DNA from: Lama glama
Lineage: Eukaryota
Direction of reading: 5' to 3'
DNA: 64,000 nt
Assembly (NCBI GenBank): GCA_028534125.1
Contig: CM052817.1
Coordinates: forward strand, 26,910,001-26,974,000
Under the pieces are notes generated by a model that saw nothing but the letters and a program-made list of their open reading frames with translations, searched no databases and had not been told where the DNA came from. The position numbers and the translations under genes are program-made. This document shows, in pieces, positions 11,901 to 25,150 of the stretch; the stretch's first letter is position 1, and each line of letters starts with the position of its first letter.

Positions 11901-14900
11901 AGCACAGTGCACCTGCCTCCCTGCACCCTCTTCTTATACCTCTCATTCCAGAGCTTCTCAAACATCCATGAGAGGAGAGAGGACCTCCAGTGAACAACAG
12001 TGTCCCATCATCTAGCTTCACGGTGACCCAGACGTGGCCCCACTCAGCCTTTCACTTTTTTCCAATCATCATTATGATCCTGAAAGATCTTACGCCCATT
12101 TGTAAGAGTAATTTAATGCTTTCTAGAGCTTTTCCTGTATACTGAGAGGGATAAGAAATTGCCTTAATAACCATCCTCCACAGCGACAGTATTCCTGACA
12201 GAAAGTACAAACCGAAGCTGTCAGACCAGCCCAGTGCCCCGCGTGGGGATCTGGGCGCGGGGTTAGGGGGGGTCACCCAGCCAGGCAGGGCCCGCAGGGG
12301 CTCTGACATCATGATGAGGGCATTTCAGGAGCCTTCCTTGGGGAGCCTCAGTGGCTCTCCGCCCCCACTTCTCTGCACAGAGCTGCCAGTGGCACTTGGG
12401 CTGCAGCTCCCTGGCAAGTGTTGGATCTCAGAGCTGAGCCAGGTTGGGATGGGCTTCCACGCCACCCCACGCCACGGATCAGGCACGCCATGGACCAGGC
12501 ACCCCATGGTCATGCCTCCTCCAGCACCTTGGCGTGGGCATCTATAAGACCACAGAGCTGGCCCAGATGTCCCACAAGGTCCAGTCAGAACAGGCACTGT
12601 CTTTTCCAACAGATTATTCTAGATGCCCATCAGTCGGAGACATTCTGTCTGCCACTGAGCAGCAAGGACCATTTTTGTCCTCTGCTTACTCCCTGAGTGA
12701 GAAGCCATTTGCTAAAAGAGGTGCTGCCCCATTTATTTTGTGCAGTCGGGGGATCCCTGTACTCCCTTTATAAGCCAGTACGTGCAACATTTACAGCTGT
12801 GTCTCTTCCTTAAACTGTCACAGAAGTGAGGACCAGGGATCAACTACCTTTCACCATTTGCTGGCTGAGCCCTTGCATTTCCAACTCTTTTTGTTCCTCT
12901 TCTTTTGCTGTTCTCCCCAGTAATTATTCCCCCAGAGGACGGGCCTCAAGTTCTGCCAGGGAAAAATGTCAGTGCTAAGACATCTTACATGACAGCCTCA
13001 AATTTCTTAATGGCAAAGAAAAAGAACAAAAGATTTGCTGTTATTATTCTCAGCTGAACAGCATTTTAATTGCCCTGCAGGGGTTTAATCCATCTTGCTG
13101 GAATGAATGAATACACAAGTCTTTATTCAAACGTGTTCTATTAACAAGTGGCCAAGACAGAACGGCTCACCCTTTCCCTAAATCTCCCCCTGCCTCCCCT
13201 GCAGCAACTCTCAGATAAATGAAATTTGCTTATGCGTATATCCCTCCTCAAAAGGAATTTAAGAGGCATCTACAGACCTCTTAGCGGTCACGCAGGCTAA
13301 CATTTCAAAGTCCCTCCTTCCACAGCAACCCAGACAGGGGTGCCCAGACTCTCTCAGTCATACAAAGTCTCATTTACTTAATGGAGCAGCCTGCTCCCTT
13401 GCTGGAACGCTCCCAGTGAATCAAAATGTATCTTTTCTTAATGATGAATGGAAACTTGCCTCCCTGCAACTTTTGCCTATGGGATCAGGCTCCACTTTCC
13501 GGAGCAGCCCAGAACGAGCCACCCTCGTTAGCCACGTGACAGCCCGGATGTGTCTGGCAGTGGCTCTCTCCCCTCTTCTGCTAGAGTCCCTCCATTCAGT
13601 CTCTCCACAATTTGGTAACATCTTTTACATAACCCGCATTTGCTCTGAGCAAATACATGTTTGATGTGGGGAATATTTGAAGGTTGGCACATGACAGGCC
13701 ATCGATTAATGTTAGCTGTTATTATAAACCAGGGAAAAGAAGTCAAAGAAAAAGCCCACTTTGAAATACGGTCTCCTCATCCACAAGGGATGTTTTAATA
13801 AATCTTTGCACTGATATGAATATAATAAGACTTGCTGAAATGTACCTGAAGACCCTTTCCTCCCAGCTTATCCTTCTGTAGAAGCGATAAGCGAACAGAG
13901 TCATTACCACCTCAGAGGACAGGTCCCACCTGCAAGGACGGACAAAAGAGCAGCAAAGAGATTTGATCCAAACGTTTCATTTCTAGCCCCTTTTCGATAA
14001 AGGGCCATCTCTCTTCTTTGTCTCGCCTGCACAGGGCCTACACGGAAGGGTCCTATTTTCAAGACTGCCTGCTCGTCTTTGCCTGACTGCCCTTATCTTC
14101 TAATTGCACTTGGAAAATTCCTGTTGGGGAGGAGGGGTAGGAAGAAAGTAGGGGGAGGGAGTTGAGAAATGTCCTCTTCCTAAAAGGCTTATCCAGAAGG
14201 CTATGCACACATACATGGGCACGCACATGACTTTAGTTTTTTTAATCTTACCCAGTGGCACATGCACCACACGCAGGCATCACTAATTTCCCAAAGCTCA
14301 GGCTCTAGTTTGGTAAACTCATCTTTCTTTTCCCTTCTTTGCAAGCTTAAAAGAGGCTAAGTTTGTAAACTCTGATGGGGGCATCTGAGCAACTCATCAC
14401 CTGGGTAAACACACATTCTGCGCAGGGAATCCTTCACCAGGCACATTCATGAGAGGTACAGACTGTGTACATGGCAGATTTCCAATTCTACCACCTGCAA
14501 ATAATCCAGGTGGCTTGGGCGAACCAGAATTTGTAGTCCTCTCTAGAACAGTCTCTCTGTTAATATTCGGAGCAGCTGGCTCCCTGTGAGACCTGAATAA
14601 ACACTGAGGGTGGAACCAGCAAATATCTGAAAACACCCTCACCACTGGCTCCGACAAGCCTTGTGGTTACTTTACATGAAGAAGCTCACGTTCAAACATA
14701 GCCTTCATCCTCCAGAACCTTCCCCTACCTCTGGGGCCAGAGCCTCCTCAAAAGCAATTAAAAAGTCAGTCATGCTCCCAAATTCTCCTAATCACACCCC
14801 GTGGAAGGCCGACCTCAGTACTGTTGCCCATCCAGCCTAGGGTCTCCGTCCCCTCCGGCCACCAAGTCGTGACGGCAGCTCATCCCCGGGAGAAAGGCGG

Positions 14901-15702
14901 CCACCAGTCGGAGCTCAGCCCCAGCCGGAGGGCCACCTGAGACGGACTCCGGCACAAAGAGCAGTAATCACAGTCATTCTTCCAAGGAGAAAAATTCCAA
15001 AACTGTCTCCTTCCATCAGAAATGGAGCTTTTTATTAGGTGACAGGGCTGTGGAATCATGGAACTTAAAAGCCCCCAATCAACCAAATGGTCAGGCTGAG
15101 GTTCTGAGCACGGGAAACACACACACCTGAGGAATAAACGTCTTCCACTTCAGAGTCATGGCCTTTCCGTGGCTACGTTCTTCTGGATGTGGGAAGGGAG
15201 GGGAATTCCATACAGTTTGGCTAATAATCAAGATCGAGAGTGAGTTGGTCCTTCTGGCTACTGGCCTAGAGCCAACCTTACCTGGGAAACTATAGAGAAG
15301 TCATAACAAGCAAGTCCTAATACGAGTTCTTCTAGAAGCACGAAAGGTCTCCTCACACTTGAACCCTATTCCTATCACGCCTAGTACCTAACACACTGAT
15401 CAGACTCTGCCCAGCCGTGAGCACGAGTGACCAAGCTCCTGTTCCTCTTAACCACCCTGCCCATCACCTGCCCCAGACAGGGTCAAGCAGCAGAGGATCG
15501 GGTACCCAGAGGCAATTTCACACTGTTTTAAGTGCAAGACACACAACAATGAGGATGAGAAAATGTTAAACACAACAAAGACAGTGATGGCTCTGAGGAT
15601 GGCGACAGGGCATGAAGAAAGACAGGGCACGGAGAAAGCACATGAGCTTTGCCAGACAGTTAAGACAGCATGAAGGGGGAGAAGTGAACATCGGTTGGTT
15701 AC

Positions 15703-15708
15703 CTCTCT
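15703..15708 (-). CDS. APBB2: APBB2 6-nt alternative microexon AGAGAG (adds two residues in PID1, ..R-D.. to ..R-E-R-D..)
   Basis: Minus strand gctaacgtgttgtttctgctctgttccctcatgccttcccggattcag|AGAGAG|gtaacc. Same sequence and same phase-2 intron position as the known neuronal 6-nt exon of the paralogue APBB1/Fe65. Confidence 0.88.
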
Positions 15709-17059
15709 CTGAATCCGGGAAGGCATGAGGGAACAGAGCAGAAACAACACGTTAGCATTCAGCCGGCATCTGGGAAATAACACCGTCCCAATAACAGCAA
15801 CTCTGAGCACGGACGTCCCATCTTATTTCCCAACTTTGCTGCAATTAATAGCCTTTCGGTGCTTATTTTAGCTGAACTCCCTCACACAGAAGTGTGTATT
15901 TTGAGCCACATTAAGATGAAGCCAAGAGACGCCAGCTGACTTTACAGAGGCAACATATCAACCGGGGGAGGTAATCAAGCCTAAAATATCACAGTGAAAT
16001 ACAGGAAACTGCGGTGCACAGCGGCGGAGCACTTATCCTCGTCTTCCACTCCTCCTGCTCCCAGTAAAAAAACATTTGGAAACAATGATATGGAAACAGC
16101 CTTATACTGACATCCTATTCATAGAGCTACAACTTTATAATCCAGGTACTTTCACAGAAGCGCATCGAGAGAGAGCAACAGAGCAGGAGGGAGCAGAGAC
16201 AGAGAGGCAGAGGTGGGACGAGGCACGGCCGGTAAATGGGAGCATTAAGGTGAGGAGGACACAGACTTTGCCCTCCTTGGAGAGGAGCTGAAAGCAGTCT
16301 GGGATTTGGGGCCAAAGGCTTTGAGTCCATCCCCAGAGCTGCTCTGCTAATGAAGTCACCAAACCTCCCGACCCAAGGTGCTCCCTACCGGCTTCTGGTC
16401 TCAGCACAGCCCGTGTGAAGGGGCCCAAGGACAGAGCCCCAGGCATGCATTACTTGTGCCAGGCTGAGGAGGCGGGAGCACCAACACAAGGAGGAAAGGC
16501 AGAAGCCCGCTCCGTTAGGCGCCCTGTGGCCGGGGTCACGGAGCAGCCAGCAGAGCCCCGCGGAGATGAGAGCTGAAATCACTGAGTGAAGAGCCAGCAG
16601 TCCCGGCGATCTGCAGTCACTGGGCAGAAAGGCGGAGCTGTCCCTCCTCATACAGAACAGTGGCCGTGACAGATTATTAAATGGGGGGAAGCAAACGACC
16701 TAAGCTGAAGATGTATGGTCTTAGAGGAAAACCAACATAAAAGTTTAAGTGTGTATTTTAATAAATGCATGGTAAAAAATCTGGAACAATTTAACATCCA
16801 AAGCGTCACCTCTTATCTGGAGGGGGGATTACAGAAGATTGTATTATGTTTATTTGAATATTAAACAATAAGCACACATGACTTCTGTAATACAAATATG
16901 TCAGTATCTACCTCAATACTTGAGGGAAACCACTGTGATACGCATGCCCAAAGGCAGAGGTGACCACACGGCAGTGTATGTGACCACCACAGTCACTTCC
17001 AGAGACTACCAACTACTGTTTCCTGAATTCTGGTTCTGTGTCGCCAAAACAGCAACCTG

Positions 17060-17220
17060 ATAAGGTAAATACTACTGTTCTCACTGATAGAAACGGAAAC
17101 AAGCTCAGAGAGACTGAGGGATTTAACCAAGGTCACACAGCGGTACCCGGTGAAGCCAGCATTTCACTGTAGGCCTGCGGGACTCTAGATCTGGTCTTCT
17201 GAGAATAGGGACCTCATGCT
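17060..17220 (-). mobile_element. MIR SINE
   Basis: gaaacaagctcagagagactgagggatttaaccaaggtcacacagc (antisense MIR core). Confidence 0.75.
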
Positions 17221-19254
17221 TCCTCACAGCCCTGCAGAACCACCTCACGCTTATCTCCCAAATGAGCCAGCAGGTTGCTATGCACTGGTGTTCAAGGTGG
17301 GGCAAAGGGTTTGCAACTGGGGTTTCAGATGAACAGGGGAACCCCCCTCCCTCTCTGTGGCCTGTGAACTTTTTTAGGGGGAGAAGGTGGCTGAAAGTTC
17401 CCAAGCAAGGCCCTTTGGTTGAGCAGGCAGAGCTGTGTTCAAATCCTGTTGGTGGCCGTGCCCTTTTGGGTCTACTACTTACTCTCTCTTTCCCCTAGGC
17501 TCCCTCTCTGTGCCAGGCACACCATGTGGGATGGTGTGCCCCTCAGAACCTGCTTCCTTGTCAGGAAAAAAGGGACAAGTACTCCAGCTCAGGGTAATTA
17601 TTAAGAACTAAATTAAGTGAGACGGTGTGTGCAGAGAACGTCTGGTGTGTCACAAAGTGCAACAGACTGCATCACTGTAGCGATCATCACCAGGTCACTT
17701 GATGGTGTCATGTCTCAGCTGGGTCATGCTGGGCAGAGCGTGAGATGAAATGTCTCCCATGGAAGGGAGGGCACTTGGGGGAGTGTCTGTGGCCCTCCCC
17801 TCAGATTTGCTGGGTACCACTTTTCATAGCATGAGGTCACCTCTGGCACCTGTCCCTCTGCACTGCCCCACTAGTAAAAAGCCAGTCTTTGGAGGCAATT
17901 TAGATTATCAGTAAAGGATCCAAAGTCCTGGATTCTAGTCTCAGTTTGAGCAAACACTCTGCAAATCACTTCACCTGAGTCCTGGGTTTTTCATCTCAGA
18001 TCATTTGCTCTAGGAAATCTCCCAATGCTCAGATTTTTATCAGAAAAGGATTCAAGTGCTTTGACTCTTACTACAAAGACGAACGGGCAGCATTTCTTTG
18101 ATTGGTTTTTGATTTATGCCAGATGCTTTTAATTTTTAATTCTTACTAAAAAGGCCATATCTAGCACACGTAGTATATTTAAGTAAACTTAAACCTAGAC
18201 ATTGGAGGATACAATTTGTTTCTTTTGTGTTTATTATTGGAGCCTTGGATATTTTAAATCAGACCTATTACTAGTGATTCACTTAAGAAAATAACATCAA
18301 TACATAGAATACAATACAGTGCAATACTACTATATTTTTTTCCTGAAGGCAGTACTCAGAAAATGACACTGTGAACTTTTAACAAGGTTAATTCTTTGGA
18401 GTTAACAGACACTGCTTGATTTAAGTGTTGAAGTAAAAACCAGCCATGAGTAGGGACTTCAGAGTGATTTTTGAAATGTCATTCAAAAAATGCAGAAGAG
18501 TCACAGTGACAGCTGTTCAACCAATCCAACACCTTGTAATGTGCAGGGGGAAAAAACAGCAGCCCGAAGCTGGGCTTCTGCAAAGGCCACGCCATTCTGA
18601 GGGTGGGAAGAGCTAAATTTAGAGTCAGGCACAAGCTTACTCCCTTCTCACTGTTCAAGATGCCAGTGGGAAGACTCCAACCCCATGATTAATTCCACAC
18701 CAGCTGCAGGCCCCAAGGCTGCCTGGTCAGCATGCTCTTGGAAGCTGTTTATTGGGAAAATGAATGGAGGGGTAATTGGCAATGTTTTCATTAAGATAAG
18801 GCTGAAATAACAACTACTTGGCGTATGTAACTGCATCCAAATGAATAGGAAATCCCTCAAAAAAAAAAAAAAGCATACTAGAATGACAATGTCTAAGTCC
18901 AGAGCTTTTTGGAAGAGGACGCATGTCCAATTCCCCAGCACAGCCACCTACTTCTTATGCAACGCACACCATCTACTTTTCACAAACTGAGCACGTAAAG
19001 CAAAGACTTGCCAGGGTACTTCTCACTCCATTTTTGCAGAACTCTCTGCTTTGTGCTACTTTTCAATGCTTGTCTTTCGACACTGAGTCTTTTAACCCTT
19101 CTGAGCACCAACACAGACTGGCATTATCCACATGGCAATGAAGTAAAAACATAAAATTTCACGTCATGAAAACTCTCACACCAACTCCTGAACCTTATGG
19201 TTCACCTTTTCCTGCAGCTTCAAGTTCTTTGGTCTGTGACATTTCTCCACTGTC

Positions 19255-19420
19255 TGCCCTGTCTCAAGGCCCTTAGCCCCTCAGTTCTCCAGTTTCCTCA
19301 TCTGTGAAATGGGAGCGACACCGGTACTCACCTCCTAAGGGTGCTGTGAGGATCGCGTCCGTGAATCTCTGTGAGACTCACAGCAGAAGTGTATTCAGTG
19401 TGGACCTGATGTGTACGATC
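19255..19420 (+). mobile_element. MIR SINE
   Basis: cagtttcctcatctgtgaaatgggag...cctcctaagggtgctgtgaggat. Confidence 0.8.
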
Positions 19421-21309
19421 AGCAGTGCGGTAACCAACTGAGGGTGCGAAAAGGGAGGTCTGCCGAGAGGATGTTTCTAACCTGTTCAGGTTCAGGGAAC
19501 CTTTTGGACTCTGATGAAAACACTCCAGGAAGAGATGTCCACAGACACCCAACTTTATACACCTTCTCAAGGGGTGGAGGAGAAAGTCCAATAATCCCTG
19601 AAACTCATTCACAGACACCCTGTAGGTGAAAGACTTCTGAACTGAATTCTGAGTTTATGCCAATTTGCCATCTGGTGTCCAGTGAATTTCAGAAAATTCA
19701 GCTTAGGGGAAGGGCCTGTCCTTCCCAGGACCAAACAGAGACAGAAAACCCCTACTCTGACAAGTGCACCTGACATTGCAAAGTGAGCTCCCTTCCCACC
19801 TCCTTGCTCCTGCAGCCTCTTCCCACAGCCCCCCGCTGGCACGACGCAACCTATTAACGGTTACACATAGGAGCTGGAGTTCCAAATGGAGTAAGTGTGA
19901 AACTGAGGACCTAAAGTGGTTTAAGGTTATTGAAATTCAAGGCACATTTTTCTAAACAAAGGACTTTCTCATGCCACTGGGAGAGAAGACACAAGAGCTA
20001 CCAGCCAGCTTACTAATGAAGGAAAAAGGATATTTGAGAGCAACCAGGAAATGAGAATTTTTTGAAAGTCCATCTTTGAAAAGAGCAAGAATTAACGAGA
20101 GTCTGCTTTCATCTGTGCTGTATTACAGTTTAAAAAAAAGAATAAGAAAAAAACCCTTGCTTCTCTGAATAGCTGAGCAGAAAGAGAATATGCACACACA
20201 ATTTACATTTAGTTTTCAAGTGAGAGTTAACTTATGTCCTGTTACGGTTTCAGGGTATAAAGTTCAGGGTACAGTCAAAGGATAAATTATGTAAAATATT
20301 CCTGAATTGTGAAACCATGGGCTGGCTTCCTTCCTGAAAGCAGAGATGGTAAAACCGAAACAGAACACTTGATACTCAGAAGGCCCCATCTGACAAGGTA
20401 TACGAACAAGTGAACGTTCAAAGACAGAGGCGGGAAGATGACAAAACCCGCACGCTGGGAAAGTGGTTTCCATGCGAAGAAGGGCCGTGAGCTCACCAGC
20501 CACTGGCAGGTCCGAGGGAAAACCACAGCAAGCCTGTGGGTGAAGTCCCTTCAGCTCCATGCACCCAGCCTCACGGAGGCCTCATGTGGGCAAGGCACAT
20601 TCTTAAATCCGTTTCTAAATTTCCAAGAGGCTTTAGGACTCTCCCTATATAGCCAATCCCCATTCCGTTGTGCAGACAGAAGGAATACTAGTGCAGATTA
20701 GCACAAAAAGCCAAGACATTTGGCCTGCATTTGAATTTTGGGAACTTATATGTAGACACAAGTATTTCTGATACTCTGTAAACTCAATAATGGCCACACA
20801 ACAACAGACGTCAACACTAGGATGACTGAGCGCTAATAACAAAATAACAGTAGTGGTTCCTATTTTATTCAATCTGCCACCCAGCCAGGCTCTGTTCTTG
20901 GTGCACATTAATGCCAAGCCACACAGTAACCCTGCAGGGGAACCTCATGACTCTCACTTTATAAATGTGAATCTAAAGTTCAGGGCACTGAACTTGCTCA
21001 AAATCCCCACCGCCAGAAAGTGGTGGATCCACAAAAGGAAGACAGGCTGGCCTGGCCGGACTTGTCTTCGCTGTGTTTTGGGGGCACCTGGCACTGCCTC
21101 CCTCCCAGCGGACAGGCTCTCCTCCCTCCTCAGCGCCTGTCTCTGTCTCTGTCGGGTCTTTGGTTCCACCACAGCGAGATGGGATGAAGTGCCAAAAACG
21201 AAGTGCTGTGCTTGATCTAGGTAACTTTCCAGGGCAAAGGCCAAGGAGTTCATCCTTCACACAGCAGCTGCTTATGCTGTTGCTCTCCTGCTTATGACCC
21301 GCCCCGCCA

Positions 21310-21710
21310 TCCATCTATCTCTCTGACCTCACTTCCTGCCTCACCCACACCTGCTAGGCTCCAGCCACACTCTGTTCACAAACACGCACACCTGTTTCTG
21401 CCTTGGAGCCTCTGTGCTCACTGTTTCTGCTGTCTGGATGCTTAGTCCCCCAGATCGCCCGTGAAGGACTCCTCCTTGCCATCATCACCTCCAAAAGGCC
21501 CCTCTGGACCACCCAGTCACTGCCAACACTCAAGGCATCTAAAAACCAGCCTGCTTATTTGTTTGCTGTCTGTCCTTCCTTCTCCCCAACAAAAAGGAAA
21601 ATCCATCTGAACAGGAACTTTTCTGCCTTGTTCACTCCCCACTGTGGGTAAGTGTTCACCCAGCACTGCCTGGCACATAGTAGGTAATCAATAAATATTT
21701 CGGAAAAAAA
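21310..21710 (+). mobile_element. L2 LINE 3' end
   Basis: Ends cagcactgcctggcacatagtaggtaatcaataaatattt, the canonical L2 3' terminus. Confidence 0.85.
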
Positions 21711-22764
21711 ACTATGTGATGTAAAAAAGGACTCCCCCCTCCTCCTGACTGATCATCTTGGTAAGGGAACAGCGCTGTGAGTAACAGGCAGGTGGCTGGG
21801 TTTCTTTTTCTCTTGTTATTGTTTATCACAGTTAGCACTTTAAAAATGACTTTAGTTCACATTTTGTTTTCATGTCATCTGAAATAACGTTAATAAAACA
21901 TATTTTATCTGAATGGACAGGAGGCGAGTTCTGAGAAGATTATTAATCTCTTGTGACTTGATTTGAAAGCAAAGCAAATCTATACTCTGATCATCTCTAG
22001 CAGAAACAACGTTTCCAGAACCCCTAACTAGATTCCTTCTTCAGAGCATCTGTCTAAATGAAAAACGGCTCCTCTGCTCCTGAAGAAATCAATATATAAA
22101 TTTCCCTTGTATATTGATTTCTATCAAGATATACCGACTCCCCAGATAATTTTCTTTATATTTGTACTCTAAGAGAAATAAACTTTTATCATTTAGAGAA
22201 AAGACCCAGACAACACATTTCCATGCATACAAAGGCAGAGGAAGTACGGAGAGCTGGGATAAATATAAGGCAGCACAGAGCACCCCTGCACCCCCAGAGG
22301 GGCTACGCTACCTCCGCAGGGGTTAACTTCTTGATTCAGTTTGAAAGACACACCTTTCCCATTCAGTAAGGCTACTCTTTACACACAGCTAGCCTTCTTA
22401 TTCCAGCATCTTTTTCTCTTTTCCATCAACTATGATAAATCTGTACAAAACAAAACCACAATTCCATCATGGTAGTAGCATGTTTTTCCTGTCTAAGTTT
22501 ATCTTTTATTGTCTATATGTCTTCATATTCGACAAACAGCATTAATATGCCATCTCGAAGAAGCTCAAGTGTGGGCTTGGGATGTTCGAATAACGGCCTG
22601 TCACCGAAGTACCCCTAACAGTCTGACTTTCGTCAGGAACACTCTCCAGAGACCAGTTTTCGGGAAACCATAAAGCTGCCCAAAGGTGTCCAAGCCTTCT
22701 TACTTCTAAAGGACAAGGTCTCTGTTTTAGTGGTCACTGTGGTTTCCACTCAAGTTCTGGAACT

Positions 22765-22978
22765 CAGGGGTGGCAAATGATGGCCCCAGGATCGCAGTCC
22801 ATCCGCCCGCTGCCTGTTTTAATAAACAGAGTGTCTCAGGAACACAGCCGCACCACTTCACGTGCTGGTGCCTGCGGCTGCTTCTGTGCACCACGGCAGC
22901 GCTGAGAGCCGCAACAGAGACCACAGAGCCCCAAATACTGAACATCTGGCCTTTTATAGAAAAAGTGTGGAACCCCAC
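22765..22978 (+). mobile_element. MER58A-like hAT-Charlie non-autonomous DNA transposon
   Basis: caggggtggcaaa...ctgcctgttttaataaa...ggaacacagcc...tggccttttatagaaaaagtgtggaacccc. Confidence 0.85.
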
Positions 22979-24519
22979 TCTAGTGACAACCTGATTCAAG
23001 GGTGCAACATACAACACGGACAGACACTGAGATTAGGACCAGATGAAAAACATGTGGAGCCCAAAGCAAAATGAAAATGCAAGGCCTACATGAAAAATTA
23101 TTACGAATTTCAAGATGGTACCAGCAGAGCAGTACACCAAGCGTGCATTAAACCCATGTGACTGGCGGAGGTGGTGGAATAATCCTTAAGGCGACAAACT
23201 CCAGGGCCAGCTGGAAGCTATTCCACCCAGATGCAAGAATAAGAGCTCTTCCAGTTTGCAGCTGCTTTAGAATGAAAATATCTTTTGCTCAACTAAAATC
23301 CTACACGGATGCCCAGCCTGGGTCAGGTCAATACGGATCTCCACGTTAGCTGTTTTATTTTAAAAGAGTCACTAGCGGGCTATGACTCTTCTTAGAATGT
23401 TTTTCTTTTCTCTTCTTTTTTGGAGGGGGGTGGCAATAAAAAGCAAAACACATTAGACTCCTTGAAAACAGCATTTTCATGTAACCTGGCAAACAGATGC
23501 ATGCTTTGACATGACAGAATCAGGCCAAATCAGCCTGAATTGTCAACCGTGCTCTCTGCAGCTGCTTCTCCTCTATCATAATTATTTCAACTGTCATAAT
23601 TTATTCATCCCCAGACATGCTTACATGTTCTAGAGTAACCACTCCAGGCTTCCAGGTCACGGGGGATGGCAGCCCCAGTCACTTCTGCCCCCTCTCGTCT
23701 GCCTAAAATTCTGACAGCAGAAGGGATATTTTCTACTTGTGTTTCTGTTTTTGTTTTTTTGCAAGCCCAAACCAAAGTTGGTTTCAAAACCAAAGCTGAC
23801 TCACAAAGACATTGTAAGCTTTCATGTTTACAAATCTGAGGCTAGAAGGTGGGGCCAAAAAATCCCATCAGAGACCAAATATTTCATTTCTCTACTTGTT
23901 AGATACAAGGAAATGGCTTTTCTAGCTTGCAAAATTCACAGTGAATTTCCTGCAAAGTTACTAAGGAATTTTACTCTTTCTGATTTGAAATAGATATGGA
24001 ACAAGTTTTATTTACAACAGACTACCAGTTGTTGGAGCGATGCTGGATGTTGTCTCTGAAATAAACAACTTCAAATGCAGTTATCAATGGTTTCTTATAA
24101 ATCTGGAAGCAAAGGTAGAGTAACTCCATATGGATTAAAGCTTAAACCTGTCTTCTTTCTTACTTTGATCCTTTATTTTTATGACAGAACACAGAAAATG
24201 CTCAAAGGTCTGATAACAGTTGAGAAGGACAGTCAGAGCACTGAAGGGTGAAAACATCCCGGAAAGATGGCCAAATGCACAGCAGTTCACTTGAGGATAA
24301 AACAAAACTAAGTCAAGGTCTTGGTAAAACACACACGGAAAGTGAGCTGCTCCACTGCTTAACTGTCTTTATACATTATTTTTATTAATATGTATTTCCA
24401 ACAGAAATAAACAATGAATCTAAAAACCCAGGTATGGTCCTAGATAATGACTCCTTCTGAATCTTCTACAGGCAACCCTGCCAGTTCAATCTCCACAATA
24501 AACTTCCCCTCATCCCCTC

Positions 24520-25150
24520 TAACACCACTTGATCTTTTCTGGACCAGGACTTGCTAACTGGTCCCCCAGTTTCCACCTCAGCTCCCGACATCAGTGCCCC
24601 TTAACAGCATTCACTAAGATCTTGCTTTATGAAATAACTTAGATCATGGCACGCCTCTGGTTACCACCCTTCAGAGGCTTCTCACAGAATTAAAAAGAAA
24701 ACCTGAACCTTCCACCATAACCAAAAGCCCTGCATGATCTCGTTCCCCTCCACCACCCCGGTCCCCAACTTCCTCTTCCACCCCAGCACACATCACTGGC
24801 CGCCTTGCTCCCGGCTCCAGCCACGCTGGCCTTTGCCTTGCATCCTTGAACATGCTGAGCACCCCTCAACCCCTGACCTTTCCTGCTCCCCCTGGCTTCT
24901 CCTCAGCCTTCAAGCTCAGCTCAAATGACACCTCCTAGGACTGGCCGCCTCTTGATGCCCCCTTTCCCCAGAGGTACTCTCTCTGCTGCATGGTGCTGTT
25001 GACCTCACAGGGTTTATCATAATCTATAGTATCCTGCTTCCTGAATCAGTTTTCCAGTTTATTTCCTGCCTCTCCAAATCCTGTCTCATTCCTGCATGTA
25101 CCTCACGAGATGCCTGACACACAGATGTTCTACATCTGCTGAACAGAAAA
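24520..25150 (+). mobile_element. L2 LINE fragment
   Basis: ctccagccacgctggcctt, ctcagctcaaatgacacctcct, gcctgacacacagatgttc; typical L2 3' region. Confidence 0.7.
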
